Shown: positions 12,643 to 24,808 of the stretch, one piece after another
Layout: each line of letters opens with the position of its first letter
Position numbering within the stretch: the first letter of the stretch is position 1
DNA from: Lama glama
Taxonomy: Eukaryota
Assembly: GCA_028534125.1 (NCBI GenBank)
Contig: CM052817.1
Coordinates: forward strand, 18,850,001-18,914,000
Direction of reading: 5' to 3'
DNA length: 64,000 nucleotides
Made by a program: the position numbers and the translations under genes
Notes under the pieces: generated by a model
Seen by the model: only the letters and a program-made list of their open reading frames with translations
Database searches by the model: none
Told to the model about the DNA's origin: nothing

Positions 12643-13019
12643 CATCCCTTTTTTTTCCTTCTTTATAAGTACTGTGTCTAATCTAGTATCAAGACTGATT
12701 TATGATCCTTTCAATTAGCATGACCTGCTTATGCAAATTCATTCCTCCTCTTAACCCAGTGATTTATAAACTAAAATGGAACGTGATGTATCTCTTCTCA
12801 TCTCCAATGTATACAACTAGTGAAGCAGGAGAATAAAACCTCGCATTTGGAAAAGGAAGTATGGGAAACAGACAAGAGCGAGCCCTGTACCTGTTCTCTG
12901 GGAGGCACTTCCGTTTCCTTGTATCTTGGTAGTCCCTGGCTCTGGTCGCTGAGTTCTTCCTTTGCTACTGTGTGTTTTGGCCAAATCTGGAGTAGGAGTG
13001 GGTTCATAGGAGACAATGC

Positions 13020-13170
13020 TTCAGATTCATAGTGTTTTTCCTACCCCAGCCTTGAAATTAATCATTTTCCCCAGGAACTCGGGTTCCATTCAGTGGACAA
13101 TGTTATTGAGACACCAAGATCTGGGCTCTATGTGTGCTCATTCTTACAATGTTTATGGTTTCTTTTTGTG
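13020..13170 (-). mobile_element. old L1 3'UTR fragment (L1MC4/5-like)
   Basis: cccagccttgaaattaatcattttccccaggaactc...accaagatctgggctctatgtgtgctcatt. Confidence 0.6.
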
Positions 13171-13646
13171 ATACATTTTCTTCAGTAACTTAATAGGTTT
13201 CTAATCTATTTATTATCTTCACTGAGTTTCATGTGTCAGAACTAGAACCATTTTTTTTCCTGAAACTTACTTCTTAAGTCATCTTCTTTTTTTTCCTCTT
13301 TTACTTTATTGACATCAGACCTCAGTGGCTTCCTTAAGACTATCTAGTTTAAATGTAAAGGCTACATCTACAATCTTATCTTTGCACTGATCCCAGCTTA
13401 TCCAAATGAAACATTATATTGGAATATTTTATTCAAATATGGTTTAATATTATTTCTAGATGCAGTAAGATCTTCCAGATCTAATCACTCCTGAATTATC
13501 TTTCTATATTTCTAGTTTTATTTTACTTTATTAAATTGTAATAAAGATAGAGAAAACTTTATAGAACATAAGTGTATATCCTGGTAAATTTTCAGAAACT
13601 TACTACATCTGTGTAACCAGTACCCACATCAAGAGATGGAACATTA

Positions 13647-15407
13647 TATATAAAAATAAATTCAACATGGGTTAAATACCTACATATAAGACCAGAAACT
13701 GTGAAACCGCTAGAAGAAAACATAGGCAGAGCACTCTTTGACATAAATCCTAGCAATATTTTTTTGGATCAGTCTTCCAAAGCAAAGGAAATAAAAGCAA
13801 AACTAGACAAATTAGACCTAATTAAACTTAAAAGCTTTTTCTGCACAGCTAAGAAAACTTCTGACAAAATGAAAAGACAACCTACTAAATGGGAGACAAT
13901 ATTTGAAAATAGTGTGACCAATAAGGGGTTAATATCCAAAATATATGAACAGCTCATATAACTCAACATAAAAGAAAAAACCCAATTAAAAATTTGATAC
14001 GAGACCTGAATAGACATTTCTCCAAAGAAGATACGCCAATTGCCAATAGGCATGTGAAAAGATGTTCAGCACAGCTAATCACCAGGGAAATGCACATCAA
14101 AACGACAGTGAGATTATCACCTTGCACCTGTCAGAATGGCTATCATAAAAAAAAAAAGAACATGTATAACAAATGATGTGAAGAAAAGAGAACCCTTATC
14201 CACTATTGGTAGAAATGTAAATTGGTGCAGCCACTGTGGAAAACAGTATGGAGGTTTCTCAAAAAACTAAAAAAGGAACTACCATATGACCCAGCAATTC
14301 TACTCCTAACTATATAACCAAAAAAAAAAAAAAACCCAAACCAAAAACAAAAACACTAATTTGAAAAGATACATGTACCCCAATATTTATAGCAGCATTA
14401 TTTACAACTGCCACGATATGGAAACAACCTAAGTGCCCATCAACAGATGAATAGATAAAGAAGATGTCACACACACACACACACACACACACACGCGCGC
14501 GTATATATACATACACATGGAATAAAATACTCCTTAACCATAAAAGAGAATGAAATTTTGCCATTTGCAACAATGTGGATGGACTTGCAGTGTATTATGC
14601 TAAGTGAAATAATTCAGAGGAACACAGATTCTGTATGATATCACTTATATGTGGAATCCAAAAAATTACAGCAAACTAGTGAGTATAACAAAAAAGAAGC
14701 AGACTCACAGATAAAGAGAACAAACTAGTAGTAACCAGTGGGGAGAGAGAAGCAGGGAGAGGCAAGGTAGAGGTAGGGGATTAAGAGGTACAAACTATTA
14801 TATGTAAAATAAGCCTCAAGGNNNNNNNNNNNNNNNNNNNNNNNNNNNNNNNNNNNNNNNNNNNNNNNNNNNNNNNNNNNNNNNNNNNNNNNNNNNNNNN
14901 NNNNNNNNNNNNNNNNNNNNNNNNNNNNNNNNNNNNNNNNNNNNNNNNNNNNNNNNNNNNNNNNNNNNNNNNNNNNNNNNNNNNNNNNNNNNNNNNNNNN
15001 NNNNNNNNNNNNNNNNNNNNNNNNNNNNNNNNNNNNNNNNNNNNNNNNNNNNNNNNNNNNNNNNNNNNNNNNNNNNNNNNNNNNNNNNNNNNNNNNNNNN
15101 NNNNNNNNNNNNNNNNNNNNNNNNNNNNNNNNNNNNNNNNNNNNNNNNNNNNNNNNNNNNNNNNNNNNNNNNNNNNNNNNNNNNNNNNNNNNNNNNNNNN
15201 NNNNNNNNNNNNNNNNNNNNNNNNNNNNNNNNNNNNNNNNNNNNNNNNNNNNNNNNNNNNNNNNNNNNNNNNNNNNNNNNNNNNNNNNNNNNNNNNNNNN
15301 NNNNNNNNNNNNNNNNNNNNNTATAACCTTTAAAAACTGTGAATCACTATATTGTTCACCTGTAACTTGTATAATATTGTACATCAGCCATACTTTAGTA
15401 AAAATGG
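13647..15407 (+). mobile_element. 5'-truncated L1 (ORF2 C-terminal part + 3'UTR) with perfect 16-bp TSD
   Basis: ORFs 13701-13961 and 13994-14176 are L1 ORF2-like ([35 protein letters not shown]); TSD aagagatggaacatta at 13631-13646 and 15408-15423. Confidence 0.95.
14822..15321. other. assembly gap, exactly 500 N
   Basis: run of N. Confidence 1.
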
Positions 15408-16279
15408 AAGAGATGGAACATTACCAGCTGCCCCCAGAGCCCTCCTCGTGTCCTCTTATTGGTGTTGTCTCACTCCTACCCCCAAGAGTAATCTCTGTGC
15501 TGACTTACAGTACTATAGACTAGTATTGCTCAATTTCAAATTTTATTTTAATGGAATCCAACTGGACATATTCTCCGGTGTCTGGCTTCTTTGATTCATT
15601 ATGTTTGTGAAATTCAGCTATATATTTATACACAGTAGTCAGATATTATGCTATATGAATAATATACCATTTTGTGAATAGTCCATAAGGTATGTATCCA
15701 TTCTAATGTTGATGGACTTTTGGGTGGTTTCTAATTTTTAGCTATTTTGGAGGGGGCTGCTAAGAACATTCATGGTCATGTATTTTGGTGAACATAGATG
15801 CTTGAGTGGCAATGCTGAATCATAAATATATAGTTATTCAGTTTTATAAAATATTGCCAGTTTCCCAAAGTGGTTGTACTGAATTATACTCCTTCTAGTC
15901 GGGTATGGGAGTTCTCTTTCCTTCAAGGCCCTAAATCTTTATTTTCAATAATCTCTTTCTTTTCTTCTAATTTTGCTTGTACTCAAGACAATATTTCCAG
16001 ATCTTATGTGTTTTCTTCAATACCTTGCCAAATGCAGCCAAAACACATTACAACCTTCTATTGTTTGACACCCTTCCCCAGATCTACTATCTCAGAAGGC
16101 ACGTGGCTTATATCCTCGTTTAGAACAGGCAAAGGGTTTTCCAAATACTGTCCACAGCTTCCCACAGACAGCCACTTTTTGCTGCCATATCAGTTGCCCC
16201 ACTGCCCAGTGCCTGACCACTAATTTGGCGCTACATGTTTTAGTTGCTAAAGCAGCATTGCTCTTCCAGGACTGACTCC

Positions 16280-16595
16280 AGCACTGGTGCTGTAAGAAAG
16301 GAAACCTGAAGCCATAACTGGTTCGCGTAATAAAGGTTTACTTCTAGCTCACATCATAGTGGGTTACAAAACAGCTGGCTCTCTGTCTTGGAGCCACGTG
16401 GCTTCTGTAGTCACCACAACAAGGAAAGAGAAAACTTGAGGCTCATTTGAGATATTTTTGGATTTTGTTTTAATAGAAATGGCTTTCATCACTTTCAACT
16501 AAACCCTGTTTGAGTGCCCACTCCCATTCATTTCAGCCTGAGTGCATGGAAGTTAAGGAACACATGGGTGTTTGGTAGAATGACAATCTCTGCAC
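16280..16595 (-). mobile_element. MaLR LTR (MLT1K/L-like)
   Basis: taaaggtttacttctagctcaca...caccacaacaaggaaagaga (shared with ~12440) ...tctctgcaca end. Confidence 0.55.
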
Positions 16596-16749
16596 AAGGG
16601 AGCTTGTCCAAACTTCATAAGTATAAATTGAATGAATGAACAGGAAAGCATAAGCACATCCTCAATGCTCTACCTCATGACAGGTGTGAGATACTCAGAA
16701 CAGGGAATTTCTCAAAGTACTTGCTAATTTAGATTGTAATTCAGAGTTT

Positions 16750-16872
16750 ATATATGTATATATATAGAGAGAGAGATCTATATATATTTGTTGAATATAT
16801 ATATATTATATAAATTGCACATATATATATATATACACACACACACACACTCACACATACACACACACACAT
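16750..16872. repeat. compound (TA)/(GA)/(CA) microsatellite
   Basis: directly visible. Confidence 0.9.
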
Positions 16873-17544
16873 AAATAATAGAGCACACATCTCGTGTCAT
16901 GTAGTCAACACAATAGAAGTATCTGAACTTTAAATGATGACATCATTTTGACTATATTGTTTCTCCACAGAAACGCCCATTAATGTGCATAATTTTAAGG
17001 ACTAAATCAATGAAATTAAGGAATGTTCTGGCCACTTATTTTTCCGAAATCTCACTAAAGGAAGTCAGTGTGATCTGATCCCAAATTAATAAAATTGTTT
17101 AATCTGAACACTTTTCTTCACGAGTTACCTATGGGAATTAATCCCTACTCTCCAACCTTCTACGTAATCGGGCTAACCAGAGTTGATGGCTCTCCTGAGA
17201 GTACCTTTGTAATACATTAGATGTGTTTTAATTACTATTTGTCAATACTTATGATTTTTAAAAACAAGGTATTTGAAATAGCTGCTCTATGATTTCTGCC
17301 GATTTTACTGGTTCATTATCATTGCTATGTCTTCAGTACTGGTGTATTTTAATTATTGGTTTTTTTCCCACCTTCTAAGAATTATTCCTTTCTATAACCA
17401 ACAAATGGTTTTCTCTATTTCCTGTAGTGTTAACCACAGTGCTGCTTACCCAGTGGTTCTTCCATAAATGTTTGGTGAATTGAAATGGATGCAAACTTAG
17501 GGTTTTTCTTCTATTTTTCATGTATTACCAGTCTGTAATAGTAT

Positions 17545-17880
17545 TGTGTGATTCGAATTAAATTCAGTTGAATATAACCAAAAGAAAAAATTTAAAAGTG
17601 AACACACATTTTTGTTCTCTTTTTGAAAAGATGGCAGGAATGGGCAGTCCAGAGTTGCTTTGGGAGTACAGCAAATGTTTCCAGGTCTCAGCCATTTTCT
17701 GCTTTCTATTCCACTGATCCTAAAATGTGGCTCTTGTTCGTGAGTTTTAAGATGGCTAGTGGAATGTCAGCCCCACATCTGCATTCCAGGTGCCAATGTG
17801 GAGGGAGATACAAAGGAAAGTAGATAAAAGACTCATTCAGACTTTCTTTTCTGGTTGTCCAGAAAAGGTCACACACAGTC
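17545..17880 (-). mobile_element. MaLR LTR (MLT1J-like)
   Basis: gggcagtccagagttgct...aagatggct...cacatctgcattccagg. Confidence 0.65.
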
Positions 17881-18094
17881 TATTTATATCTTTCTGGAAA
17901 AAGCATATTTACAACATGATACCTAGTTCCAAGTGAGTTTGGAATATGTAGTATAAATAACACTACATATTCAGAAGGTCTATGCTGGGTGAGGATGTGA
18001 GGTTTATAGCTGTGGAAGGAAGTTTTGAACAGATACAGGTCTAGGGAACCTTCAGTCTTCACCAGAATCGGAAGTGGAAAAGCCAGAATCCCCG

Positions 18095-18590
18095 AGAAAA
18101 GCGTGGAGTTCAGTATAATAGTTATGATCACTGGCTTGGAGATCAGGATGACCTGGGTTTGAAATCAGGCTTGACTGATTCTGAGCTGTGTGGACTTGAA
18201 TAACTAGCTCCTCCTTAATCTTCCATCTTCATATGTGTATAATAAGCATAATATTTTTCCTTTAATTTTTTGGTGCCCTTGTGAGGTTTTAATGAGATTA
18301 TTTGTAGTGTAACAGGTTCAAGTGAGTTTTCTTCTCAGTGGCATTATTGTTTTCTTATTTTTGCCAGCAATTGCTTTATTTAGTAGGAAAAAAAATGGAT
18401 TTGTGCTTGGAGGACATGGTGAGATTCTGGCATATACCAGTCCTATAATCTCCCTGAAGACCAGTGTTGTTATCTGTAAAGTAGTTCTACCAACACTTAC
18501 TGCTGTGATGAGAATTACGTAGAATATTGCATGTGAGATCTTCCTCTACAGGGTATGATATGGAATGCAGCCTTCGTAAATGTTGACCCA
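18095..18590 (+). mobile_element. two MIR fragments (~18095-18310, ~18390-18590)
   Basis: gatgacctgggtttgaaatcaggc...gagctgtgtggacttgaataacta...gtgaggttttaatgaga. Confidence 0.65.
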
Positions 18591-19699
18591 ATATTTTTCC
18601 CCTACTTTGGCTCATTTATTTTACCCTTTTCTGTAAATAGATTTAAACAGATTTATCAAATCTTCAAAAACCAGACAGGTTTATTGAGTCCCCAAAACTC
18701 AGAATAAGCTGCGATGCTAGTGGTTGCTGCTGACCTGATCTGAGTGACCTGCAAATATCTATAGAGTGTGGATTCGGTCTATCAAAAATGTACTGTTCTA
18801 TTGAGGTTTTCCTATGAAATTCAGCAGCATGAGTTTTAGAATAGAGTATCAATTACTTCTTATCTTGCCTTTGCAATAATTGCTGATTAGAGATCAAGAA
18901 ATGACCTTTATTGCCCTAAATTAGTATAAGTGTGCAAACATGAAGAGAAAAAAGGCTGGTGTGGCACATAGTAGGGACTCAATCAATATTTGATGAGTGA
19001 ATTAATGAACGCTAGGGCAGATGAACGCATATGCTTATGTCCTCTTCCTTGCTTCATCCCGTGGGTCTGTATTACCAGGAAATTTTCAAGAACTGATGAT
19101 TTGGTCTCCGCATGGTTTCAGTTACGCTTCTTGTGTTTATTAGATTCTAAGTCATAGTGGCAGCTCTCCTCTTTACTGTTAGGTTTGGTGAATGTTACAG
19201 ATTCGACTAAATGAACCATAGCAAATGTAGAATAAATCTTTGCCAAGGGGATGGTATAAATTGAGGCAATTACCTCTTAGTCGCATCAGTTTCTCAGTAA
19301 AAACCACATAACTTTGGTGAACAGCACTGCAATAAAAAGGCTTGTTTTCCTGAAGACTATCAAGGTAACCTGACACTCACTGGATTGTAGGTTAAATCGA
19401 CTTGAGAAATCTTTCTTTCAGTTCAATGAGTTATTAATGATCTTTTTGACTAAATTGCGCTTCATGATATTCAGCAGATAAATTAACTTCTGTCGTCCTA
19501 ATTTCTCATCTTTAAACGAGAGGAACATAAGTGTGTGAGCCAAAGTTTCTTTTGTCTCTAACATTCTGTGATTCTGTGATTCTAACAGTTTGCTTGGGTA
19601 ACCCCTCAGTAGTCCCCAAAATCCAATCTTCCACTTCTACAGAACAACACCTCCTTTTTTAAGTCTTTACCAGAGGGTCATACAGTTTTAGCTTGAAAA

Positions 19700-20060
19700 A
19701 TCTCCTATTATAGAATACCTTTTGGGTAAAATGACTCCACTGTCAGATTCTCCCAATTATGAGACAGTTCCTCATTTTGAGACACAGTCTTCTAGGTAAT
19801 TTCTACCTATTTGTTACTTTTCCCCAAGGAGGCAAAACTTGTAATACCTCTTTGCTCTGACTTTCTATCAAATATCCACAGCTGTCATGTCTACCCTGGG
19901 CTGCTCTAAGCCAGTCATTCAGTTTCTGCAGTTATAAACTTCTGCAGTCAGGATTTCCAGTCCTCCAAGATGTAACAGTTTCTTCTAAATCCAGAATTAA
20001 TGAGCTTCTAAATATTTGCCATAAATCTGTGCCCCCTAAACAAAGAAAAAACAATAAAAC
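19700..20060 (-). mobile_element. CR1/L3 LINE fragment
   Basis: tcaaatatccacagctgtcatgtctaccctggg...ggatttccagtcctcc matches the L3 antisense consensus. Confidence 0.55.
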
Positions 20061-21699
20061 ATAGCTCCATGGCATGGACAATAAAGATAGATTATTTATA
20101 TATTTAGTCCTTTTGTTTTGCCAAGAAAATATATTGTAATTTTGAATTTAGAAAACAGCTCTTGATTTCACTTTATGAAACATTGATTGTGAACTTTTCC
20201 AAGTCACCCATCCTCTCTGAGGGCTTTCTCGTCTTTAAGATCACTGTCATCATCATCATGTTGTGTATATCATCTGTTATTCTGATATAATGTAAAATGC
20301 TCTGAAATTTTGAAGTTTTGTATGTCTATAACTGTATAGCGTTAGTAACTGTTTTTGTGTATGTGCGTAACATCATTGCCACATCATTTTCTTTTAAAAA
20401 CAAATTTAAAAATAGTAGAAATGGAAATTATCAGGTCAAAGGCTATCCCTAGGGGGAGAGGGTATTTAAGCTGTGTATATATACACACAAACACTGACAC
20501 ACACATATACTTCAAAGTTTTAATAGATATATTTATAATTATTTTGTTTAGATATAACTGGTAGTTATTTTAAATTACAAACACAAGAATTAAGTGATCA
20601 GAGAAACAGCAATGTTTAGATTTCCTTTTGGAAAGTATGATGATGACTACCTTGAAGCCATTAAACTCTATAATATACAATAAATGTTTTTTTTTTTTGC
20701 AAATTTAAAAGTTAAGAAAATTACACAGGTGGCATTTTAAATACACTGAAGAAGGCTTACAAATCCCATGTGTGTGAATTCTTGTGGCATGTCCAGAGCC
20801 TAGTCTATATTCTGCACATAGCACCATTGAGAGCGCTTTACACTACTTGTTTTAAGTTTAGTTAACATCTAACTATTCTTTGTATGTCTTGGTATTTCAT
20901 AGATCAGTGAGGGAATTCAACAAATCTTATTCCAAATTTATCTCTAGTTTCTCTAAGAAAATTACAGATACAGCTTCTAAAGGAGATAAATTTGGTCCCT
21001 TTAATACCAAATCAGCATAGAGAGTAACAGATAATGATACGAATATTGCAACGCATGTAGTAAATGCATTACTGAGAATTCAGCTTTGACTGCAAAATTC
21101 TAGTGGAATATATTTCATAATGTTTATTCTTTGTTCAAATTTATTTTCCATTTGTTCGTTTTTGTTTTTTGGTCTATAAGGAACCATTTAGATTAAAAAA
21201 AAATCATGCCCCAGGATATAGACATATGTGTGTGTGTGTCTGTGTGTGTGTATTATTATAATGAAACCATCAGCTGCGGTTTAAGTGAGCTGACCAACTT
21301 GCTTTAATGCCCCAGTGAACTCCACCACACATAGTTTTGCTCCTTAAAAGTTCTTTGCAGTACCACATTTAGAGTAGCTTTGCTGTTTTGCAGTCTGGCC
21401 AGTATGAGAGTCTGCTGTTCTAAGGGCAATGAAAGAATCCCCCTCTTCTGGGCAAAAATGAATGAGTTCTAGGAAAAGGGCTTGGAAGAAACTTGGGACA
21501 GCAGCAGATTCATGAGTTCAGAGAGCTAGATTTTCCTTCAGAAAATGGAAACTCCATCATTACGTTAAGGCAGTCAGCCCCTTTTAAGATGTCAGCAGCT
21601 GATATCTAGTACATTGTAAACCCATAGTATTATTCATCTTTTATCAAATGACATCATCAAAGCGATCACTTTTCTGTAAGCTTTGGTACCAAACACCTT

Positions 21700-22225
21700 T
21701 TTATCTCAGCTCCTAGCCACAGAAAGCCTTTTAGTTCCTTTTCCCAGGAGTCTACAAATGTGGTATATCTGGTTTGGAGGTGTCTCCTGGCTGTTCTACA
21801 GAGGCTTAACAATCTCAGTGCTGTATGGTTTTCCTCTTGGGATGATTGAAGAAAGTTCACATTGCTGGTCACCAACACTGATGTGTATAGGTAGCATCTT
21901 GCCAGGTGGGAAGGAGGTCTGGAAGTGGGTCCGTATATTAGGATCCACAGGTCGTATTGCATCAGGCACCATCTAAGAGGTGCATATTAGAATGGCCTGT
22001 TAAAAGCACTCTAGCACCAGGTCAGAGGCAATATTCTGTGACTAGGAGGTATCCAGGATGCAGTCCACACACTGGGTAGAGCCCTTTAAGTGGTCTGTGT
22101 TCCCAAACAGAAAAAAAATAGGTCTAGAAGCCAAAAGCTGGACCCAGCAGTAGCCACCTCACCGTCCCTCCAGGGACATGCAGGAGGTCTTTGTGCTTCC
22201 TGTCCCGCAGCTCGGGCTCTGCGCT
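21700..22225 (+). mobile_element. ERVL/MaLR internal relic, decayed integrase core
   Basis: collinear decayed motifs: GIH..Y...HH (ggatccacaggtcgtattgcatcaggcaccat), NGLLKAL (aatggcctgttaaaagcactc), IQDAVHTL, SRSQ, FVLPVP, matching HERV-L HGIHWSYHVPHH..WNGLLK..LQKAVYAL..SRNQ..FLLPVP. Confidence 0.75.
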
Positions 22226-23089
22226 GGGTCCCTCAAGCTGGTTTCTACACGACAGGGTCACGTTGCCCTGTGAGCTACTCACTCCCTTTGGTTCTCATTA
22301 AATAATAATTCTTTCTACCTGAGTTTGTTGGAGGATTAAAGTAGATCAAGTATGGAAGTGATACAGGTCACAGGAAGCTGCTCAATAAATATTGGTTTTG
22401 TATTTTATTTGAGATTGTATTTAATAAAAAACGTTTTCAAAGCATACTATTGAGATCTTTTGATTTGACTGAACTTAAAAGCTTTTATTTGGATCATAAC
22501 CCAGAAATGTTTAGAAGAGAGAAATCTGAACTCATCCTTTTTCCCCAATGTTTCATAGTGACATCTTGAATAAAGTGTAAAATTTGGGAATTCAGGATTG
22601 ACTTTTCCAGTCCTTCTATTGAGAAAAACTGGCTATGTTGTAAAGGTGATTCTTTTCAAGTTATTGAAGACCATAAATAACCTGTTCTCCAAAACATATA
22701 CAAAAACATCTGTATTTGACTGTAAAACACCACTAAGATATTCTCCATATATTGGAATCTGCTTCAGCTTATAAAAACTGAATGTGTGACTATTCTTATG
22801 ATTTTACTTTATATTGTCTCTTGTTGTAATCATAAAAGGCAGGAACTTCTTTCTGATTTTGCCAGGGGAAAACCATTAGGGCAGGAAAAATCAGAGAAAT
22901 TTAGAGTTTGAGTGAAAGTGGAGCTCTTTATCTTATTTAGCATTACTACTAAATTTGCATATCTGTAAACAACCATTTCTTCCTTCTGGACACCAGTATC
23001 TGTGCTGGGCATCAGGTTTCATTCCACTTTCTTCAGGGAAAATGTTTCCTTTGGAGTATTATTACCTTCTCCCCTCCCCCTTTTCTCTT

Positions 23090-23215
23090 CAAGTCAGCAG
23101 ATAACAAATTTACTGTATGCCTACAAGTACCAAACACTGAAAGGTCTGTGTGAGATTATAAAGATGTTTAAGCGATGAGGATGAGCCCTGCCTTCAAAGA
23201 GTTTACAATCTGGAT
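23090..23215 (-). mobile_element. L2 3' end
   Basis: tttactgtatgcctacaagtaccaaacactg...ccctgccttcaaagagtttacaatct. Confidence 0.7.
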
Positions 23216-23969
23216 GATGAGTCACATGAGGAAGTTGTGGCATTATTGCATTAGACAACTGAAGTGGAGTTCATTAAAATGTTCACATCCTTTGAATACT
23301 TCTCTTTGCAAATATATAAAGAATCTTTTCAATAGGAAGACTAACAGTGAGTAAAAAGACCTTTTTTGGGGAATAACTTAGTGACCTTGGCTTTGCTTAT
23401 GAGCATCTTTCTGTTGCTGTAACTTTCTCTCTTGCATCTTTCTCAGCATCATTTCCTAACTGGAACCTTGTTTGGAGAGAGTCTTCATGTTTCCTGAGCC
23501 TTCGCCAGGGTTGCTCGGTTGTTTGTGAATGGCTCAGTTGCAGTTTGGCCTTAAAATGAATTGCAGTTTGTTTTTTTTTCCTTCAACAAACCAATATTTT
23601 GATTTTTCCTTTTTTAGTTGATGCTGGAATGATGTACTTTGCAGTGTGTGGTTTTAAGGGTAGGAGTGAAATGCAATAAAAAGGAACACAGGGCAAACTT
23701 TTCCCTTGTTCTGAAAATTTACTGCCATGCTTACACATTGTATTCTGTCAAGATACAAGAGCAAGTTATAAAACTCTCCTAGTTTTAAAATTAGAGTGTA
23801 TTCATGTAAAGTATATGTACAATAGAAAAAGAAAGCTTTGAAGTACAAACTCAAAAGAATAATTCGATATAAATACAAGTGTGTGTGTATATCCACATAT
23901 ATCTATACATCTATACAACCAGGAAATAAAAAGCGTGTATATATAGATATATGTGGATATGTAATTTTA

Positions 23970-24191
23970 AGGCTGTGGTTTTTTGGAGCAGTTTTAGGTT
24001 CATAGGGAGTTTAAGAGAAAGGTACAAATATTTCCCATATCCCCCGGCCCCACACATGCATAGCCTCTGCCATTGCCAACATCCCCCTCCAGAGTGGTAC
24101 ATTTATAACAATTAGTGAACCTATATTGACACATCATAATTACCCAATGTCCATAGTTTACTTAACAATTCACCCTTGGTGCTGTACATTC
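23970..24191 (-). mobile_element. L1MC1/2-like 3'UTR end
   Basis: gagcagttttaggttcatag...ccccacacatgcatagcctc...ccagagtggtacatt; antisense homolog of 11880-12035. Confidence 0.9.
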
Positions 24192-24300
24192 AATAACCAG
24201 ATACCTAGACAGGGACATTAACCCTCACATCTACCACAGGTGCCCTGTTATTTTGAATGCACGGATAAATTTTATTTTGTCCAGGATTTCAATCACATTT

Positions 24301-24808
24301 TTTTAGTTTCTTTTCTTTTTAAATGAAGTATAGTCAGTTTACAATGTGTCAGTTTCTGGTATACAGCATAATGCTTCAGTCATACATGTACATACATATA
24401 TTCATTTTTGTATTCTTTTTCCTTATATATTACTATAAGAGTATTGAATATAGTTCCCTGTGTTATACAGTATAAACTTGTTGTTTATCTATTTTATATA
24501 TAGTAGTTAGTATCTGCAAATCTCAAACTCCCAATTTATCCCTTCTCACCCCCTTCCCCTGCTGGTAATCATAAATTTGTTTTCTGTGTCTGTGAGTCTG
24601 TTTCTGTTTTGTAAATAAGTTCATTTGTATTCTTTTTAGACTCCACATATAAGTGATATATGGTATTTTTCTTTCTCTTTCTGGCTTACTTCATTTAGAA
24701 TGACAATCTCCAGGTCCATCCATGTTGCTGCAAGTGGCATTATTTAATTATTTTTTATGGCTGAGTAGTATTCCATCATATAAATATACCACAGCTTCTT
24801 TATCCAGT
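24301..24808 (-). mobile_element. L1 3' end, camelid type
   Basis: close paralog of 121-620; T-rich tail; imperfect TSD aatcacattt (24291-24300) / aatcaagttt (24809-24818). Confidence 0.95.

Larger units (their letters stand above)
13515..15915 (-). mobile_element. old L1ME-like 3' end, split by a younger L1 (pieces ~13515-13646 and 15408-15915)
   Basis: catctgtgtaaccagtacccacatcaagagatggaacatta continues as ccagctgcccccagagccctcctcgtgtcc after the insertion. Confidence 0.8.

Noticed and set aside
14725..15384. 219-aa ORF, the longest in the track
   Set aside because: Artefact of reading through the 500-N gap
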